64,000 bases of DNA from Chloroflexota bacterium (GTDB taxonomy: Bacteria; Chloroflexota; Anaerolineae; B4-G1; SLSP01): contig DAIUDK010000009.1 of NCBI GenBank assembly GCA_036845725.1, positions 394-64,393 on the forward strand, given 5' to 3'. Below the pieces are notes generated by a model. It saw nothing but the letters and a program-made list of their open reading frames with translations. It did not search any database and was not told the DNA's origin. The position numbers were made by a program, and so were the translations under genes. This document shows, one piece after another, positions 62,982-64,000 of this stretch (positions are counted from its first letter, which is position 1; every line of letters begins with the position of its first letter).

Positions 62982-63998
62982 TCAACCAGTCCCCGAAAGA
63001 TCGGTCACACCCACAGTCTTGCTCAATGCTTTGTAGGCTGCGGTCTCCACCTCGGCGACACGGTCAAAACAACCTGCGGCTTTCTCAAGATCATTCCGGC
63101 GAATGGCCTCAGCCAGCAGGGAAATCGTCGCGATAGATTCTTGCAGCCAGCGGATAGCCTCGGAGAAATCTAACCCTGCCAGCTCCGCGGCTTCTTCGAG
63201 GAACGTGATGTACAAGTCCCGACCGGCTGTGAGGTGATCTCCTTCCAGGTCTGGCGGGGAGTTCAGGTACTCGCGCGCCTGTCGCAGGCATTTCGCCGCC
63301 GTATCCTCTCCCAACTCCTCAGGCCAGCGGACAATCTCGCGTGCCAATTTCTTCATCGCGGGGATGCCCACCATGTTGACAGGCGGATGGAGCATCGTCT
63401 GGCATTGATCAGCGATCGATTTCCGTATGAGTGCAGCGGTCGGTGGAAGCTCCCGCGGAACGTCTATGATCGCCAGGCGGTTTCGTTTGCCCAGACCGGG
63501 TACATTCACATCCCAGGCCAGTCGTAATTCGTCCAGCAAGATGGTTTGAACGTCCTTCTCACCGGTATCATGGACATAGGCCTTTTCCGCCTCGTACCCC
63601 ACCAGCAATACAAAATGGATCGGGATATGCCGTTTACGATAGACACCCTTGTAGAAGGGCAGAAAGAACATATCCAGCGGCCCAAGCACGGGAGGTGTTC
63701 CTGCATCGACGGCTTCCCGCGCTTTGTTCCAGGAGAAGTTGAAAGCCCGGTTCTCAATCTCAGTGAAGTCAGCATCGAACAACCCGGCTAAATACTTATG
63801 CTGACGAGGCGTTGCCGTGCCCGTGTATATCTGGCGTGGCGGATCGGCTGAGTTGAACCGAAGATAGGCAAATCCTCCGCCCTGCCCCAATCCCCATAAA
63901 AACTCATTCGACCAATCTCGCCCGGAACGCCAACAAACCAAATCGCGGATACCGTTGACAGGACATAGTCCAATTCTCTGGCGATGTGGAATCGTCAA
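62982..63998 (-). CDS. BtrH-N-like papain-fold (C39-like) domain protein with DUF4872-like C-terminal region; N-terminus may extend past the window
   Basis: CPVNGIRDLV...GRDWSNEFLWGLGQGGGFAY matches the C..N...SE..L.GLGGG.GF.Y pattern; downstream HFVLLVGYEAEKAYVHD. Confidence 0.5.
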   Translation of the reverse strand: MTIPHRQRIGLCPVNGIRDLVCWRSGRDWSNEFLWGLGQGGGFAYLRFNSADPPRQIYTGTATPRQHKYLAGLFDADFTEIENRAFNFSWNKAREAVDAGTPPVLGPLDMFFLPFYKGVYRKRHIPIHFVLLVGYEAEKAYVHDTGEKDVQTILLDELRLAWDVNVPGLGKRNRLAIIDVPRELPPTAALIRKSIADQCQTMLHPPVNMVGIPAMKKLAREIVRWPEELGEDTAAKCLRQAREYLNSPPDLEGDHLTAGRDLYITFLEEAAELAGLDFSEAIRWLQESIATISLLAEAIRRNDLEKAAGCFDRVAEVETAAYKALSKTVGVTDLSGTG

Positions 63999-64000
63999 CA

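Overview
This is a high-GC (~60%) bacterial chromosome segment whose gene content and low-complexity linkers fit a Chloroflexota-like Terrabacteria lineage, though taxonomy cannot be fixed from sequence alone. I found no rRNA, tRNA, CRISPR array, transposase, integrase or phage genes, and no obvious novel defence-type system; the candidates worth a second look are listed in the findings. The layout is:

- **1-5.8 kb:** a minus-strand variant System I cytochrome c maturation cluster. CcmE carries CxxxY in place of HxxxY, CcmF is fused to a TlpA/CcmG-like thioredoxin, and CcmA-CcmB are fused through a tandem-repeat linker. Three uncharacterised small genes sit inside the operon, and ccmC/ccmH were not recognised.
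- **5.9-8.4 kb:** divergent from the ccm cluster, an ABC-2 permease is translationally coupled to a 518-aa membrane/coiled-coil protein.
- **8.4-20.4 kb, plus strand:** glnA follows a promoter, a small ORF and an intrinsic terminator, which looks like an attenuator. Then come NUDIX, nth-like and membrane-protein genes, dnaA with upstream DnaA-box-like sites, L-lactate permease, a REC-TadZ/CpaE-like regulator with a GAF histidine kinase, greA and lysS.
- **20.4-25.6 kb:** an HD hydrolase, two tandem LysM-M23 peptidases, trxA and mazG/yabN.
- **25.7-50.2 kb:** one contiguous minus-strand translation/transcription supercluster in the order rpoB, rpsL-rpsG-fusA-tuf, S10, spc, alpha, truA, rplM-rpsI. 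rpoC, infA, adk and map are missing from it. In-frame short tandem duplications extend S5 and L30.
- **50.3-64 kb:** an accessory region with plsC, a LysM lipoprotein, a membrane hydrolase-like protein, an MFS transporter and a MacB-type efflux set (double-FtsX permease, adaptor, ATPase). Convergent with the efflux set is a cluster of a beta-lactamase-fold hydrolase, an LLM oxidoreductase, a C45 Ntn acyltransferase-like protein, ppa and a BtrH-like papain-fold protein.

Several long antisense ORFs in the track are GC artefacts.
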